From assembly GCA_965267575.1 (NCBI GenBank), contig OZ254086.1:384001-448000 (forward strand): a stretch of DNA of 64,000 nucleotides. The letters are read 5' to 3'. This document shows, piece by piece, positions 27,505 to 38,193 of this stretch. Position numbers and translations under genes: made by a program. This DNA is from Calditrichales bacterium (GTDB lineage Bacteria; Calditrichota; Calditrichia; Calditrichales; J004). The first letter of the stretch is position 1. Every line of letters starts with the position of its first letter. A model generated the notes under the pieces. That model was given only the letters and a program-made list of their open reading frames with translations, made no database searches and was not told the origin of the DNA.

Positions 27505-30500
27505 TTACTTGATGAGAATCATACGTCCCATTTTATTGAATGATCCGGCCGTAAAGCGATAGAAGTACATACCGCTGGAAACCTTTTCACCAAAATCATT
27601 TGTGGCGTTCCAGTTCACAACAAACTCACCGGCATCGTAGTTGGCCTGATCGATCAATTTCTTAACGACGCGACCATTCACGTCATATATCGTAATAGTG
27701 ACGCTACTGTATTCCGGTAACTGGAATTTGATGTTGGTCGAAGGGTTGAACGGATTCGGATAATTTTTGAACAGAACGAATTGATCCGGAACCGGAACCG
27801 TTATTTCGAGCTCCTCTTCTATCTCCGAGCCGCCGGAATAGTTAACTGATTCGAGCTGGTAGCGGTAGACATCGCCGGAGCGCACCGAGTTGTCTTCAAA
27901 TGTGTAATCTGTTTCACCGGAGAATGTACCTTTACCGGGTATCAGCTGCGTATTCACTTTTTGCCACTCACTGTCACCGGCTTTCTGGCGGTAAACGTTG
28001 AAACCAAGGTTATTGGTTTCAGAAGCCGTTTGCCAGTTCAGGATGACTTTGTTGAATTCAGCGTTGGCTTCAAACAGAGCCAATGAAACTGGCAGCGAGT
28101 TGTCCTGGCCGCCGGCGGCGTCATCACCAAAGGTGTAGAAATTACCAGGTGTACTAAATGCGGACGATTGAATTGTACCACTCGTTGCATCGCCACTTCC
28201 GTCACCACCGATGCTGGTCCACTCCCCGGTTGTCGTATTAAGCTGGGCTACATCAAGTGCAGTAAGGTTGGAAATGGCATCATTGGAATTCCAGGTGAGG
28301 GTGATAGTCGGGAAAGCACTTAAAGTACCTCCGGACCCAATCCTCGGAATATTCCAATAACGCACGGTGGAGACAGCGGAAAGAGTCGTTGCATCTACAT
28401 CAGGATCAAGATCAAGAGCACTGGAATTAATCTGTTCTACCATGCGTGCATACCCGGCTGCACTGGCAGAGATCGACAACGTAACGGGCAGATATTCACC
28501 ACCTTTACCCGTAGGATAAGTAAAAGACTGGCCGGCGCCTGAAGGGAAGATCTTTGAAACCTTGCCGCTTACATAGCGTGCCGAAGAAGCACCGGAGAAA
28601 CCGCCGCTTTGGCCAATGATCAACGTATCGGATCCGGAGACAAGACCATTTGAAAAGGTGAATGTTCCTTCCACGCGTGCGCTCTGGCTCAGGCTCAATC
28701 CACTGGCATTATTGAGGTTCAGATTGTTGAATGTAACCTGGCTGGCGCCACTGAGTGTCTGGGCGCTGCCGCCGGCCATAGTGACTGTTCCGGCGCCGGA
28801 AGCAAAGTTACCGCCGCCACCAACGATATCACCATTGATATTCGTGGATGCGTTCGGCGTAAACGTACCACCGTTCAAAGTGGTCGTTCCGCTGATTGTA
28901 ACGGAACCGGAAGTATTTACGTTGACATTCGCACTTGTCGTAAACGCACCACTGAAAGTTGAAGAAGCTGTACCATCCAGATTAAGAACGGCGCTGTTGG
29001 AGACAGAACCCGTAACATTTAAAGTATTGTTTGCGGTAAATGCCGCAGATCCGCTATTGGTAAAGCTGCCGTTTACGGTAATAGCACCATTTGACCCTGT
29101 ACCACTGCTAACACTTACAGTTAAATTATGGTAAGTATCCGCCTGGATATTGTTCGCTGCTCCAACATTATATCTTACCGTAGAACCGGACTGATAGTCT
29201 GTATTGGCGCTACTGTATCCTGTAATGTTTGTACCATTAAATGTGACCTGGTCAAAATCACCAACTGTCAGATTCGTCGCGGAAAGATCGAGCGAGCTGC
29301 CCGAGAAGGTGAGCGTAATTCCGTTGCCTGATGTAGACCCGGAAAGCGTAATGCTTTGATATGAAGAAGCAGCTATACCGGAGTTATAAACCACCGTGTA
29401 GGCTCCGGTTACGGTAGAATGATTTAGCTGTACTACATCACCTTCACCAGGAACGGCGTCGTTGTTCCAGTTTGTGGCGGTATTCCAAAGGCCATCACCG
29501 CCGCCGCCATCCCATACGAAAGTATCGGCAAGGTTGGCCACGGCAAAGTCACTAAAGCCGCCGCTGAAAGAAGCGGTAACCTGGTCCGTACCACTGCTTT
29601 CGCTGCTGCCAAGTTCATCGTTATATGTTGGATTAGTACCACGCACCATTGTCACATTTGACGAACCTGTGATGGCAGGACTGAAGTTCGTTGTCGTAAA
29701 GGTTGCCGTATAGGACGGTGGTGTCACCTCGGTAGACGTTATTGTCCAGTAACCATCGTCTTCAACGGTTGCAACGCCTGCAAGGTTTGATGTGGGACTG
29801 CCCGCATTACCGTTGGCCGTCACGGTAATCGTATTGCTTGTAGCAGGAGCCGAGTCAAAAGTTATGCTTACATTACGCAAGCTATTGCTGACGCCTGTTG
29901 GAAAGGCAAATGTTGTAGCCGCTCCGTTTGTGGAACGGGCTACCGGTCCAACTACAAAGCTTGTGGCTGTCGGCGTAGCAGTAGCACTTACACCGAGGGT
30001 TAATACATTACCGGAACTTGAAGTAATCTTACCGTTTGTAAAAGTCACCGTTCCGTTAACTGTAGACCCTCCGCTAAGAACAAGACCATCACTATTGTTT
30101 GTAACCAGGTTATTATATGTAGCAGAAGGCATCGTTTCCGATCCGGTTCCTTCGCCATTAAACCTTACCGTGCCGCTGAAAGTATAACTGCTGAATCCGC
30201 TAATGTCGGTGCCTTCAGTGTAAAGGCTAGCACCGCTGTTAACAACAAGAGCGTCACTGGCTCCGCCGGCGTGGGTAATCGTCTGATTGCCCAAATTTAA
30301 ACGGCGAGAGGCAGCAACAGTAACGGTTGAATTTGTCTGCAGTGTGATGCCACCTGTCAGAGAAACACCATTAGCGGAAGTATTGTTGGCCGTTATATTA
30401 CCGTACGTCGCGGTAGGTACGTTTTCTGCGCTTGTACCGGTAAACTCAATAGTACTGTTGTCAGCCATGGTAAAGGTGCTGAATCCACTAATATCCGTAC

Positions 30501-32394
30501 CACCTGTACGCAGAGTACCCGTAGCATCCACCTGTAATGTAATGTTGTTATCATCAATTACGTCGCCACCGGTATCAAGCACCTGCGCCGTAGAGGAAAA
30601 TTGCAGGATACCTTGCTGAACATAAAGCGTTCCGTTATCGTTGAAGCGCAATTGTGAGCCACTCGCTGTGGAGACAAGAACAGACGAGCCGCCAGTCTTG
30701 TTAACAGTAAAATTAAATACCGTCACCGTACCGTCAATCGATACAGTTGCCGTGCTGCTGCCGTTCATTACAAGCGTACCGGCAGCGGCCTGTCCGACGG
30801 TGGCTCCGCCGGATATTGTAAAGTCGCTATTAAAGGTTGCCGTGGAGGATGTGCTTATCTGCGACGAAAAACTCATAGTCACATCACCTTCACTCGTGAA
30901 AGCTCCGGAACCGAGTGTTATCGTTGCATTGCTCCCCAGGTCAGTTGTACCCGCAACCGTTACGGCTACGTTCGTTGTGGTTAACGTACCATTTACAGTC
31001 AGGTTGTTATCAACATCGACCGCGTTATCATTGGTTGTAAGAGCGCTACCACTTGCAACAGTTAAGTTGTTCGAAATCGTACGATCGCCGGAAGCAGCGG
31101 CCAAAGTAACTGTTGAAGAAGATTGAACAGAGACATTGGGAACTGTAGCAGGCCATTCATCACCGGCCGTTTGCGTAGCAGTGTACTGCAAAGTAGCAGA
31201 GCCGCCGTAGGCTAATGTTCCGCCATTTAAGCTAAACGTACCTGTGCCTTTGGAGAGAGTGCCATTAACCGTAAGCGTTCCGCCGGTAACGTCAAGTGTT
31301 CCACCGCCGGTTTGTGTTAGCGTGCCACCCACAGTTCTCGAAGCGCCCAACGTAAATGTACCGGAGGAGTTAAAGGTCACATTAGTTGGGGAGTTTGTGG
31401 CTGGCCATTCGTTACCGATGGCAAAACTGTTGCCGGTTGTATACGAAAGCGTGGTCGTTCCGGAGTATGCAATCGAGGCACCATTTAAAAAGCCAACACC
31501 ATCTGAGTTCGGTTCTAATGTAAGAGAATTGGTGATCGTATATGCAGCATCGCCCGCCGCGGTTTCGTCTAAAGTAAGCGTCCGTGAACCCGTTGGCGGT
31601 GCATGAACAATTGCGTAAAATGAAGTCGCAGCATCTATGCTCATTCTGATATTGGTAGTGGCAACTATTTCGAATGTTGATGTTTCCGCATTGAATGTGC
31701 CGCCTGTTTTATCAAAAGTATTTCCATTTAATACAGCGTAACCCAGAGTATAGGTACCAGAACCTGCATTAAAAGTACCTGCCTGCAAAAGAAACTGTCC
31801 GCTGACGATAATATCTGTGGACAGGTTATTATCAACCGTCCCGCTGGAGTTGATGTCAAAATCATTGAATTCTACGGAAGGAGCTGCATAGGTTCCGCTA
31901 ATTGTTTGCGTTCCCGTTCCTGTAAATGAAACCGAGATACCATTACCGGTGTCATTAAAAGTAGCTCCGGAGTTGATCGTAAAGTCTCCATCGAGGGTAA
32001 TTGAGCTGGAGCCGACTGTATCATCAATGTCACCGTTTACAGTTACAGTACCGGTTACATCCAGGGAATTCGCAGCCATATCCAATTCTGTTCCCGTACC
32101 GGCATCTACAGTTAAGGAGCCGATGGAAGCAGCAGGCGTAAGATCGAGGACAACTGCAACGCCGCCGTTAATAATTACCACATCTGCACCATCAGCTGAC
32201 TGATTGACAGCGCTTTCTCCGGGATAAGTATTGGAGCCAGCATTATCACCGTCCCGAACTACAGACCATGTTCCAGGTGTGCTCCAATCTCCTGATGTCG
32301 TCGCCGTAAAAACATCCTGGGCAATCGCACTTGTGGAAAAAACCACTAAAAATGCCCAAAATGATATCCATGTAGCTTTTTTAGCAAAGGACAT
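27505..32394 (-). CDS. Large T9SS cargo, S/T/G/N-rich beta-solenoid adhesin-like protein
   Basis: Signal peptide from ATG 32394 with AAGGAGGAG RBS; SGDWSTPGTW and GGGGDGLWNTATNW modules; LPVSLALF Ig domain; NYPNPFNP...GRMILIK CTD. Confidence 0.8.
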   Translation of the reverse strand: MSFAKKATWISFWAFLVVFSTSAIAQDVFTATTSGDWSTPGTWSVVRDGDNAGSNTYPGESAVNQSADGADVVIINGGVAVVLDLTPAASIGSLTVDAGTGTELDMAANSLDVTGTVTVNGDIDDTVGSSSITLDGDFTINSGATFNDTGNGISVSFTGTGTQTISGTYAAPSVEFNDFDINSSGTVDNNLSTDIIVSGQFLLQAGTFNAGSGTYTLGYAVLNGNTFDKTGGTFNAETSTFEIVATTNIRMSIDAATSFYAIVHAPPTGSRTLTLDETAAGDAAYTITNSLTLEPNSDGVGFLNGASIAYSGTTTLSYTTGNSFAIGNEWPATNSPTNVTFNSSGTFTLGASRTVGGTLTQTGGGTLDVTGGTLTVNGTLSKGTGTFSLNGGTLAYGGSATLQYTATQTAGDEWPATVPNVSVQSSSTVTLAAASGDRTISNNLTVASGSALTTNDNAVDVDNNLTVNGTLTTTNVAVTVAGTTDLGSNATITLGSGAFTSEGDVTMSFSSQISTSSTATFNSDFTISGGATVGQAAAGTLVMNGSSTATVSIDGTVTVFNFTVNKTGGSSVLVSTASGSQLRFNDNGTLYVQQGILQFSSTAQVLDTGGDVIDDNNITLQVDATGTLRTGGTDISGFSTFTMADNSTIEFTGTSAENVPTATYGNITANNTSANGVSLTGGITLQTNSTVTVAASRRLNLGNQTITHAGGASDALVVNSGASLYTEGTDISGFSSYTFSGTVRFNGEGTGSETMPSATYNNLVTNNSDGLVLSGGSTVNGTVTFTNGKITSSSGNVLTLGVSATATPTATSFVVGPVARSTNGAATTFAFPTGVSNSLRNVSITFDSAPATSNTITVTANGNAGSPTSNLAGVATVEDDGYWTITSTEVTPPSYTATFTTTNFSPAITGSSNVTMVRGTNPTYNDELGSSESSGTDQVTASFSGGFSDFAVANLADTFVWDGGGGDGLWNTATNWNNDAVPGEGDVVQLNHSTVTGAYTVVYNSGIAASSYQSITLSGSTSGNGITLTFSGSSLDLSATNLTVGDFDQVTFNGTNITGYSSANTDYQSGSTVRYNVGAANNIQADTYHNLTVSVSSGTGSNGAITVNGSFTNSGSAAFTANNTLNVTGSVSNSAVLNLDGTASSTFSGAFTTSANVNVNTSGSVTISGTTTLNGGTFTPNASTNINGDIVGGGGNFASGAGTVTMAGGSAQTLSGASQVTFNNLNLNNASGLSLSQSARVEGTFTFSNGLVSGSDTLIIGQSGGFSGASSARYVSGKVSKIFPSGAGQSFTYPTGKGGEYLPVTLSISASAAGYARMVEQINSSALDLDPDVDATTLSAVSTVRYWNIPRIGSGGTLSAFPTITLTWNSNDAISNLTALDVAQLNTTTGEWTSIGGDGSGDATSGTIQSSAFSTPGNFYTFGDDAAGGQDNSLPVSLALFEANAEFNKVILNWQTASETNNLGFNVYRQKAGDSEWQKVNTQLIPGKGTFSGETDYTFEDNSVRSGDVYRYQLESVNYSGGSEIEEELEITVPVPDQFVLFKNYPNPFNPSTNIKFQLPEYSSVTITIYDVNGRVVKKLIDQANYDAGEFVVNWNATNDFGEKVSSGMYFYRFTAGSFNKMGRMILIK

Positions 32395-32436
32395 GTTGAA
32401 CTCCTCCTTAACTGACAAATCTTTTCTGTCTTATCA

Positions 32437-33246
32437 TTAACTGTTTGTTAAAATGCTGAAACGCCAACCGGCTTTTTCTTCATTTTGCTGTGGCGTAAAT
32501 ATTTCGTTTAGTTTTTTACGAAGTAAATTTTCGGTTAAACCGCGCATAAGTTTGCCGTTTTCCGCGTAGGAAACCATGCCGGTTTCTTCCGATACAACAA
32601 TCACAAATGCGTCGGATTGCTCGGATAAACCTATGGCCGCACGATGCCGTGTTCCCAGCGATTGATCAATCTCGGGATTTGTGGACAAAGGCAGCAAACA
32701 TTTGGCAGCGGCTATTATTTCATTTTGTATCAAAACGGCTCCGTCGTGTAACGGTGAGCGGGGGTTAAATATGGAAGTCAAAAGTTGTTCGGACAGCTTC
32801 GCCTGAATCGAAACGCCTGTTTCCATTATGCTTTTCAAACTCATGTCCCTTAGAATCACTATCAGCGCACCGTAGTTTTTTTTCGACAACTCCTGGGTTG
32901 TGGAGACAATCTGATCAATAAACTGAAGCTCTCCCACCCTTACTATTCGTCTAATCAAGCGGTTCTGACCGAGATAAACCAGAATTCTTCTCAATTCCGG
33001 CTGAAAAATTATCACGAATGCCAAAACCCATACTGTTTTCAAACTGGACATTATCCAGGATAATGCGCTCATTTTGAGCAATTCGCCGATAAAAGAGAGC
33101 ACCAAAATCAGCACAAGGCCAAGAAACATGCGGATTGCAACGCCGCCCTTAAGAAACTGATACAGCTTAAAAACAATCGCCGTTACAATCAGCACATCTA
33201 CAATATCTATCAGCGTTATCGGCAAAAAGCCAATCTTGAACAGCAT
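32437..33246 (-). CDS. cdaA: Membrane-bound diadenylate cyclase
   Basis: Three N-terminal TM segments, IIFQPELRR, catalytic HDGA and GTRHRAA, VVSEETG. Confidence 0.93.
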   Translation of the reverse strand: MLFKIGFLPITLIDIVDVLIVTAIVFKLYQFLKGGVAIRMFLGLVLILVLSFIGELLKMSALSWIMSSLKTVWVLAFVIIFQPELRRILVYLGQNRLIRRIVRVGELQFIDQIVSTTQELSKKNYGALIVILRDMSLKSIMETGVSIQAKLSEQLLTSIFNPRSPLHDGAVLIQNEIIAAAKCLLPLSTNPEIDQSLGTRHRAAIGLSEQSDAFVIVVSEETGMVSYAENGKLMRGLTENLLRKKLNEIFTPQQNEEKAGWRFSILTNS

Positions 33247-33345
33247 AAATTAGATGCTACATTCGTTTATATTTAATTTATCTTTAACTTCTTTTTCATC
33301 TTTGAATCACCTACTGTTCAGCTATTAACCATGAAATGACGGTCA

Positions 33346-34500
33346 TCACACGGTTACGCCGTCTACAGCAGCTAAAACACGCCAGATTTGAGCAGCCGAC
33401 TCCACATCATGTGTACGCACAACCGAGGCATTTTTCATGGCGCCGATTGTCTGCGTGATAACGGTGGCGGTTTCCCGATCCGAAGTTTCTTTTTTTAAGA
33501 GAACTCCCAAAAAGGATTTTCGGGATACACCAAGCAAAACTGGATATCCCAGATAACTGAAATCTTTAAGATGACTTATAAGGCGCAAATTATGATTAGC
33601 TGTCTTTCCAAAACCGATACCCGGATCAATCATTACGCGGCCTTTTGTAATAGAGGCTAATCGTCCTGCTGTTTTCTCAAGAAATTCGTAAACAGCTTCG
33701 ACTACATCCTTGTAAGAAGGCATTTTCTGCATTGTTTGTGGTCTCCCACCGGTGTGCATTGCGACGTACGGACATCCATGCCGTTTAACTGTTGTCTCCA
33801 TAGCGGGGTCAAAAAGTGTGCCACTAATATCATTAATGATATCTGCGCCATTGTTCAAAGCCGCGTCGGCGACGGCAGCCTTGTATGTATCAACAGAAAT
33901 AAATATATCGCTGCTCTGCCTTATTCTTTCAATTACCGGTATAACACGTTCCATTTCCTGTTCCGCGGAAACCGGTGCAGCGCCCGGCCTTGTAGATTCG
34001 CCGCCAACATCAACAATGTGCACGCCTTGCTCTATCATACGCATACTATGCTCATAGGCCGTCGCCGCGGAATAATATTTCCCGCCATCCGAAAAGGAAT
34101 CCGGGGTCACATTCACAATCCCCATAACCAGAGGCCGCCTTTCGAAAGAAAGCGTCCGCCCCTTTATTTCCCAGGGGCTCGGAACAGGCTGTGTGAAATA
34201 ATTAACCACTTGCCGGAAAAAAGCAGCAATACTCCTGTCTGTAAAAGAACGGTTAGCTAATTCCGAAATCAGTGAAGTTTCAGGAATTATCTTTAGGAAT
34301 AAATCTTCTCCGTGAAAAACAGATATCAATGGCGCATATTCGGCGCCAATTTGGTTAAGGATTTCTCCCTGTAAGTTACTGAAAGTGCTTATTTTAAATA
34401 AATTATCGCTAATTCTCAAAAATTTTGAGGAAATAGCATATTTTTGATTGAGGTAAGATATCTGAGCGGGGCTTGCTATATAGATATAACGCGTCTTCAT
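33346..34500 (-). CDS. folP: Dihydropteroate synthase with ~110 aa N-terminal extension
   Basis: MGIVNVTPDSFSDGG, GGESTRPG, SVDTYK, DPGIGFGK, GVSRKS, RTHDV. Confidence 0.94.
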   Translation of the reverse strand: MKTRYIYIASPAQISYLNQKYAISSKFLRISDNLFKISTFSNLQGEILNQIGAEYAPLISVFHGEDLFLKIIPETSLISELANRSFTDRSIAAFFRQVVNYFTQPVPSPWEIKGRTLSFERRPLVMGIVNVTPDSFSDGGKYYSAATAYEHSMRMIEQGVHIVDVGGESTRPGAAPVSAEQEMERVIPVIERIRQSSDIFISVDTYKAAVADAALNNGADIINDISGTLFDPAMETTVKRHGCPYVAMHTGGRPQTMQKMPSYKDVVEAVYEFLEKTAGRLASITKGRVMIDPGIGFGKTANHNLRLISHLKDFSYLGYPVLLGVSRKSFLGVLLKKETSDRETATVITQTIGAMKNASVVRTHDVESAAQIWRVLAAVDGVTV

Positions 34501-34508
34501 TGCTGTAT

Positions 34509-36059
34509 TTATAAACTATCGCTTTGTTGCTTCTCAAGAATCTCACGGATGCCTTTCATCGCCTCCCGTGCATAGGGATCATCATCACTTGTTTTGCGTC
34601 TTACACGCTCACGAAAATAGTGCAATGCACTGGAGTCTTTCCCTAACCGCCGGTAAGCCAGGGCCATGTATAAATAGGCGTCCAGGTTTTCATCCATATG
34701 AATTGATGTTTTAAAGTAATCCAATGCCTTTGTGTAGTCGCCAATTGTATAATAGAGCGCACCGAGATTATACCAGGCGTTGGAATCATCAGGATATTCC
34801 TGCTGCAGCTCCGTGTAGATTTTTTCAGCCTTGTCAAATTTGCCTGTCTTCATATAAAGCGACCCCAGAAAGCTCTGTATCTCGGAATCGTAATGATTAA
34901 TGCTCAGGTAATCTTCCAGCGTGGTCAGCGCCCGCTCCAGGCGGGTGCTGCCTTCCACACCGGTGCTGTGCAAATAGTATTGCCGGGACAATTCAAATAC
35001 AGCTTTACGGTAGCCGGGATCTAACTCCACGGCTTTCTCAAGTACCTGGATTGTGCTTTCAAATCCGAGCTCTTCAAGTCTTGAGGGCAACAAAAAACTC
35101 ATCAGGTAATAAACACGCGGATCTTTGGAATCATCCACCAGCGCTTTTTTAAGATAGATTTCCGCGTTTTCGTATTCTCTCTCACGCACGGCCATGCGCC
35201 CCAAAAGGTAAGCCACCGGGGCACGGTCACGTTTTTCGCGGACAAGACCAATCAATAAAATGCGTGCACGGTTAAAATCGGGATTGGTAATATCAACGAA
35301 TTCCTTTTTTTCCCAGTTGTAATCAAATTCAAGACCCTTAAGCAGATGGGCATGGGCTTTTAATATAAGAGCGGTAACCGTCGTATCATCCTTCAGTTCA
35401 TCAAAAACACGGTCCTCGTTTCCGATAACCAGATTATGGCGTGGCTCGTAATAACGGGCGTCGGCCGTATCCAGCCGGCCACCTTTAAATATATCCGCTT
35501 TGTCGTTAAGCACCTCAATATACTCACGGAGTGATCGTATCCCCTCCACGCGCTCCTTGTGCGACGACCCGTCTGTTTTGAAAACCTCAATTTCCAGTAC
35601 CGTTTCGGTGGGAGTTACCAAAGGCGTAATAAGCATATGCGGGTCAAGCTTCAGGGCGGTCGAGTGCCATTTTTCAAATCGATCCGCGGAGTCTCTGCCG
35701 ATTGTATTGTAGAGCCATTGCCATTGATGAATCAAATAGCCCTTTTTAAGCTGCTCATTATTTATTTGGACTGTTTCGGCAAACCTAAAATCGCCGGCGC
35801 TTATTTTGCCCGAATCCTTTGCCGGCAGAACAATTATGCGCTTTGGCGGTGGCACGGGCCGCGCGATAACCCAAATAAGACTATAAAGCCCCAGAATGAT
35901 CACATAGGAGAATGTGATCGTTTTTTTGGCGGTATCTTTTGAAATAAGTTTTGAGGACTGAAAAAAAAGCGGGGCCAGTGTGGCTATAATCAATAAAGCG
36001 CCAAGCAGTAAAATGCCGCCCGGCACATTTCCGGAAAGGATATCTACAAGTTTTGCCAT
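34509..36059 (-). CDS. Membrane-anchored TPR protein
   Basis: Two N-terminal hydrophobic segments from ATG 36059; several TPR-like repeats (AWYNLGALYYTIGDYTKALDYF). Confidence 0.75.
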   Translation of the reverse strand: MAKLVDILSGNVPGGILLLGALLIIATLAPLFFQSSKLISKDTAKKTITFSYVIILGLYSLIWVIARPVPPPKRIIVLPAKDSGKISAGDFRFAETVQINNEQLKKGYLIHQWQWLYNTIGRDSADRFEKWHSTALKLDPHMLITPLVTPTETVLEIEVFKTDGSSHKERVEGIRSLREYIEVLNDKADIFKGGRLDTADARYYEPRHNLVIGNEDRVFDELKDDTTVTALILKAHAHLLKGLEFDYNWEKKEFVDITNPDFNRARILLIGLVREKRDRAPVAYLLGRMAVREREYENAEIYLKKALVDDSKDPRVYYLMSFLLPSRLEELGFESTIQVLEKAVELDPGYRKAVFELSRQYYLHSTGVEGSTRLERALTTLEDYLSINHYDSEIQSFLGSLYMKTGKFDKAEKIYTELQQEYPDDSNAWYNLGALYYTIGDYTKALDYFKTSIHMDENLDAYLYMALAYRRLGKDSSALHYFRERVRRKTSDDDPYAREAMKGIREILEKQQSDSL

Positions 36060-36084
36060 TATTGGTATGGATCGGTTTGCAATA

Positions 36085-36110
36085 GAAAATGCCGCCCGGA
36101 AAGGCGGCAT
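36085..36110 (-). terminator. Hairpin/terminator after ftsH
   Basis: atgccgcc cggaaa ggcggcat, followed by a short T-run on the minus strand. Confidence 0.6.
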
Positions 36111-36119
36111 ATTCTGTCT

Positions 36120-38171
36120 TTACTTTTGTTCTTCTTCCGATTCGTCGTCAGGACCGGAGTCTTTAGGAGTATCCGGTTTCTGCTTATCGGATTTTGCTTT
36201 GTCTTCCACTTTCTTTTCGTCATCAGGATTGCCGTTTTTGGCGGAAAACGCAATACGGTCCAGCTTCTCGCCGCGCAGTACGGCATCAATCTGTTCGCCG
36301 TCCAGGATTTCATGTTCAAGCAGCGCGTTGGACAAAGCATGCAACTTATCGATATTGTCATTCAGCAATTTTTCAGCCCGTTTTTCGGCGGAAGAAACAA
36401 TCTCACGAACCTCAAGATCAATCTCTTTAGCGATGTCTTCGCTGTAATCGCGGTGCTGTGATATCTCGCGGCCCAAAAATATTTCCTGTTCTTTTTTACC
36501 GAATGTAATCGGGCCAAGCTTTTCACTCATACCAAATTCGCAAACCATCTTCCGGGCCAGGTCGGAAGCACGTTCAATATCATTTCCGGCACCTGTTGTA
36601 AGCTGGCTGAAGACAATTTTTTCTGCGGCGCGTCCGCCAAGCAGCTGGGCAAGCACTCCCTCGAGGTAATCCTTGGAATAAGTGTGTTTTTCATCCAGCG
36701 GCAAATAGGCGGTAACACCCAGTGCCCGGCCACGCGGAATAATTGTTACCTTGTGTACCGGATCCATATCGGGGATCAGCTTGGCCACCAGTACGTGACC
36801 GGATTCGTGGTAAGCCGTAGTTTTCTTCTCTTTTTCGGAAATCAGCATGGACTTTCTTTCCATACCCATCATAATTTTATCCTTGGCCTCCTCAAAATCG
36901 TCCATGCCCACTTTTTTCTTGTCTTTGCGGGCGGCGAGGAGGGCGGCTTCGTTTACAAGGTTGGCCAGATCGGCACCGGAAAGACCCGGCGTGCCTTTGG
37001 CAACCGCTTCCAAATCAACACTGTCATCGATAGGTACATTGCTGGCATGCACTTTCAGAATGCCTGTACGGCCACGTACGTCAGGACGGTCGACAACGAT
37101 CTGCCGGTCAAAACGACCGGGACGAAGCAGTGCGGCATCCAATACGTCCGGACGGTTTGTCGCGGCAATCAGGATAACACCCTCTTTTGTGTCAAAACCA
37201 TCCATTTCAACCAGTAGCTGATTGAGGGTCTGCTCGCGTTCATCATGTCCCCCGCCCAAACCGGCGCCACGGTGGCGTCCTACTGCGTCAATCTCATCAA
37301 TGAAAATAATACAAGGGGCGTGTTTGCGGCCCATTTCAAAAAGATCGCGTACACGGCTGGCGCCCACACCAACAAACATTTCAACAAAATCGGCGCCGCT
37401 CATACTGAAAAATGGTACGCCCGCTTCACCGGCAACGGCTTTGGCCAGCAAGGTCTTGCCTGTTCCCGGGGGGCCAAGCAGCAATGCTCCTTTGGGTATC
37501 TTTCCGCCCAGGCGCTGGAACTTTTCAGGAAACTTCAAAAACTCGATGATCTCCTGCAGTTCCATTTTAGCCTCATCGGCGCCGGCCACATCTTTAAAGG
37601 TGATCTTGGCCTTATCCGGCGTAAGCATCTTGGCTTTGCTTTTACCAAAGCTGAATATGCCGCGGCCGCTGCCTCCACCTCCCTGCATGCGGCGGGTAAA
37701 GAATATCCAGGCAGCAATCAAAATAATCCATGGCAGGGCATTTATCAGCAACAGCGACCACTCGCTGGAAGGCTCGACAAAGCGGTATTTCACGCCCATC
37801 TCATCCCATTTGGCTGTTACCGTTTCGTCAACATACGGTAAAATGGTCCGGAAATTTTTCGTCTTTACGGACTGGTCCGGTTCGCCAAATATCTCCGGCT
37901 CTTTAAGCTGACCGCGAAAGACATTTTCTTTAAGCGTCACCACGCCTTCATCGATTTTTCCATCATTCAGAAATTCGAGGTAACGCGTGTAGCCAATCTC
38001 AACCTCATTCGGTCGGTTGTCCGGCCAAAAGGTGCTGAACAAAAGAGCAAACAGCAGGATAACCACCCAAATCAATCCGGTTTTGGAAGCCTTTTTCCAC
38101 TGAAATTCGTCGTCTTTTTTAGGGGGACGATCCTGTTGTTCTTTATCCTTGTTGTTTTTTTCTTCACTCAT
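36120..38171 (-). CDS. ftsH: ATP-dependent zinc metalloprotease FtsH
   Basis: Two TM helices, [30 protein letters not shown]. Confidence 0.98.
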   Translation of the reverse strand: MSEEKNNKDKEQQDRPPKKDDEFQWKKASKTGLIWVVILLFALLFSTFWPDNRPNEVEIGYTRYLEFLNDGKIDEGVVTLKENVFRGQLKEPEIFGEPDQSVKTKNFRTILPYVDETVTAKWDEMGVKYRFVEPSSEWSLLLINALPWIILIAAWIFFTRRMQGGGGSGRGIFSFGKSKAKMLTPDKAKITFKDVAGADEAKMELQEIIEFLKFPEKFQRLGGKIPKGALLLGPPGTGKTLLAKAVAGEAGVPFFSMSGADFVEMFVGVGASRVRDLFEMGRKHAPCIIFIDEIDAVGRHRGAGLGGGHDEREQTLNQLLVEMDGFDTKEGVILIAATNRPDVLDAALLRPGRFDRQIVVDRPDVRGRTGILKVHASNVPIDDSVDLEAVAKGTPGLSGADLANLVNEAALLAARKDKKKVGMDDFEEAKDKIMMGMERKSMLISEKEKKTTAYHESGHVLVAKLIPDMDPVHKVTIIPRGRALGVTAYLPLDEKHTYSKDYLEGVLAQLLGGRAAEKIVFSQLTTGAGNDIERASDLARKMVCEFGMSEKLGPITFGKKEQEIFLGREISQHRDYSEDIAKEIDLEVREIVSSAEKRAEKLLNDNIDKLHALSNALLEHEILDGEQIDAVLRGEKLDRIAFSAKNGNPDDEKKVEDKAKSDKQKPDTPKDSGPDDESEEEQK

Positions 38172-38193
38172 CAGACAGGTATTTCCTCTTCAT

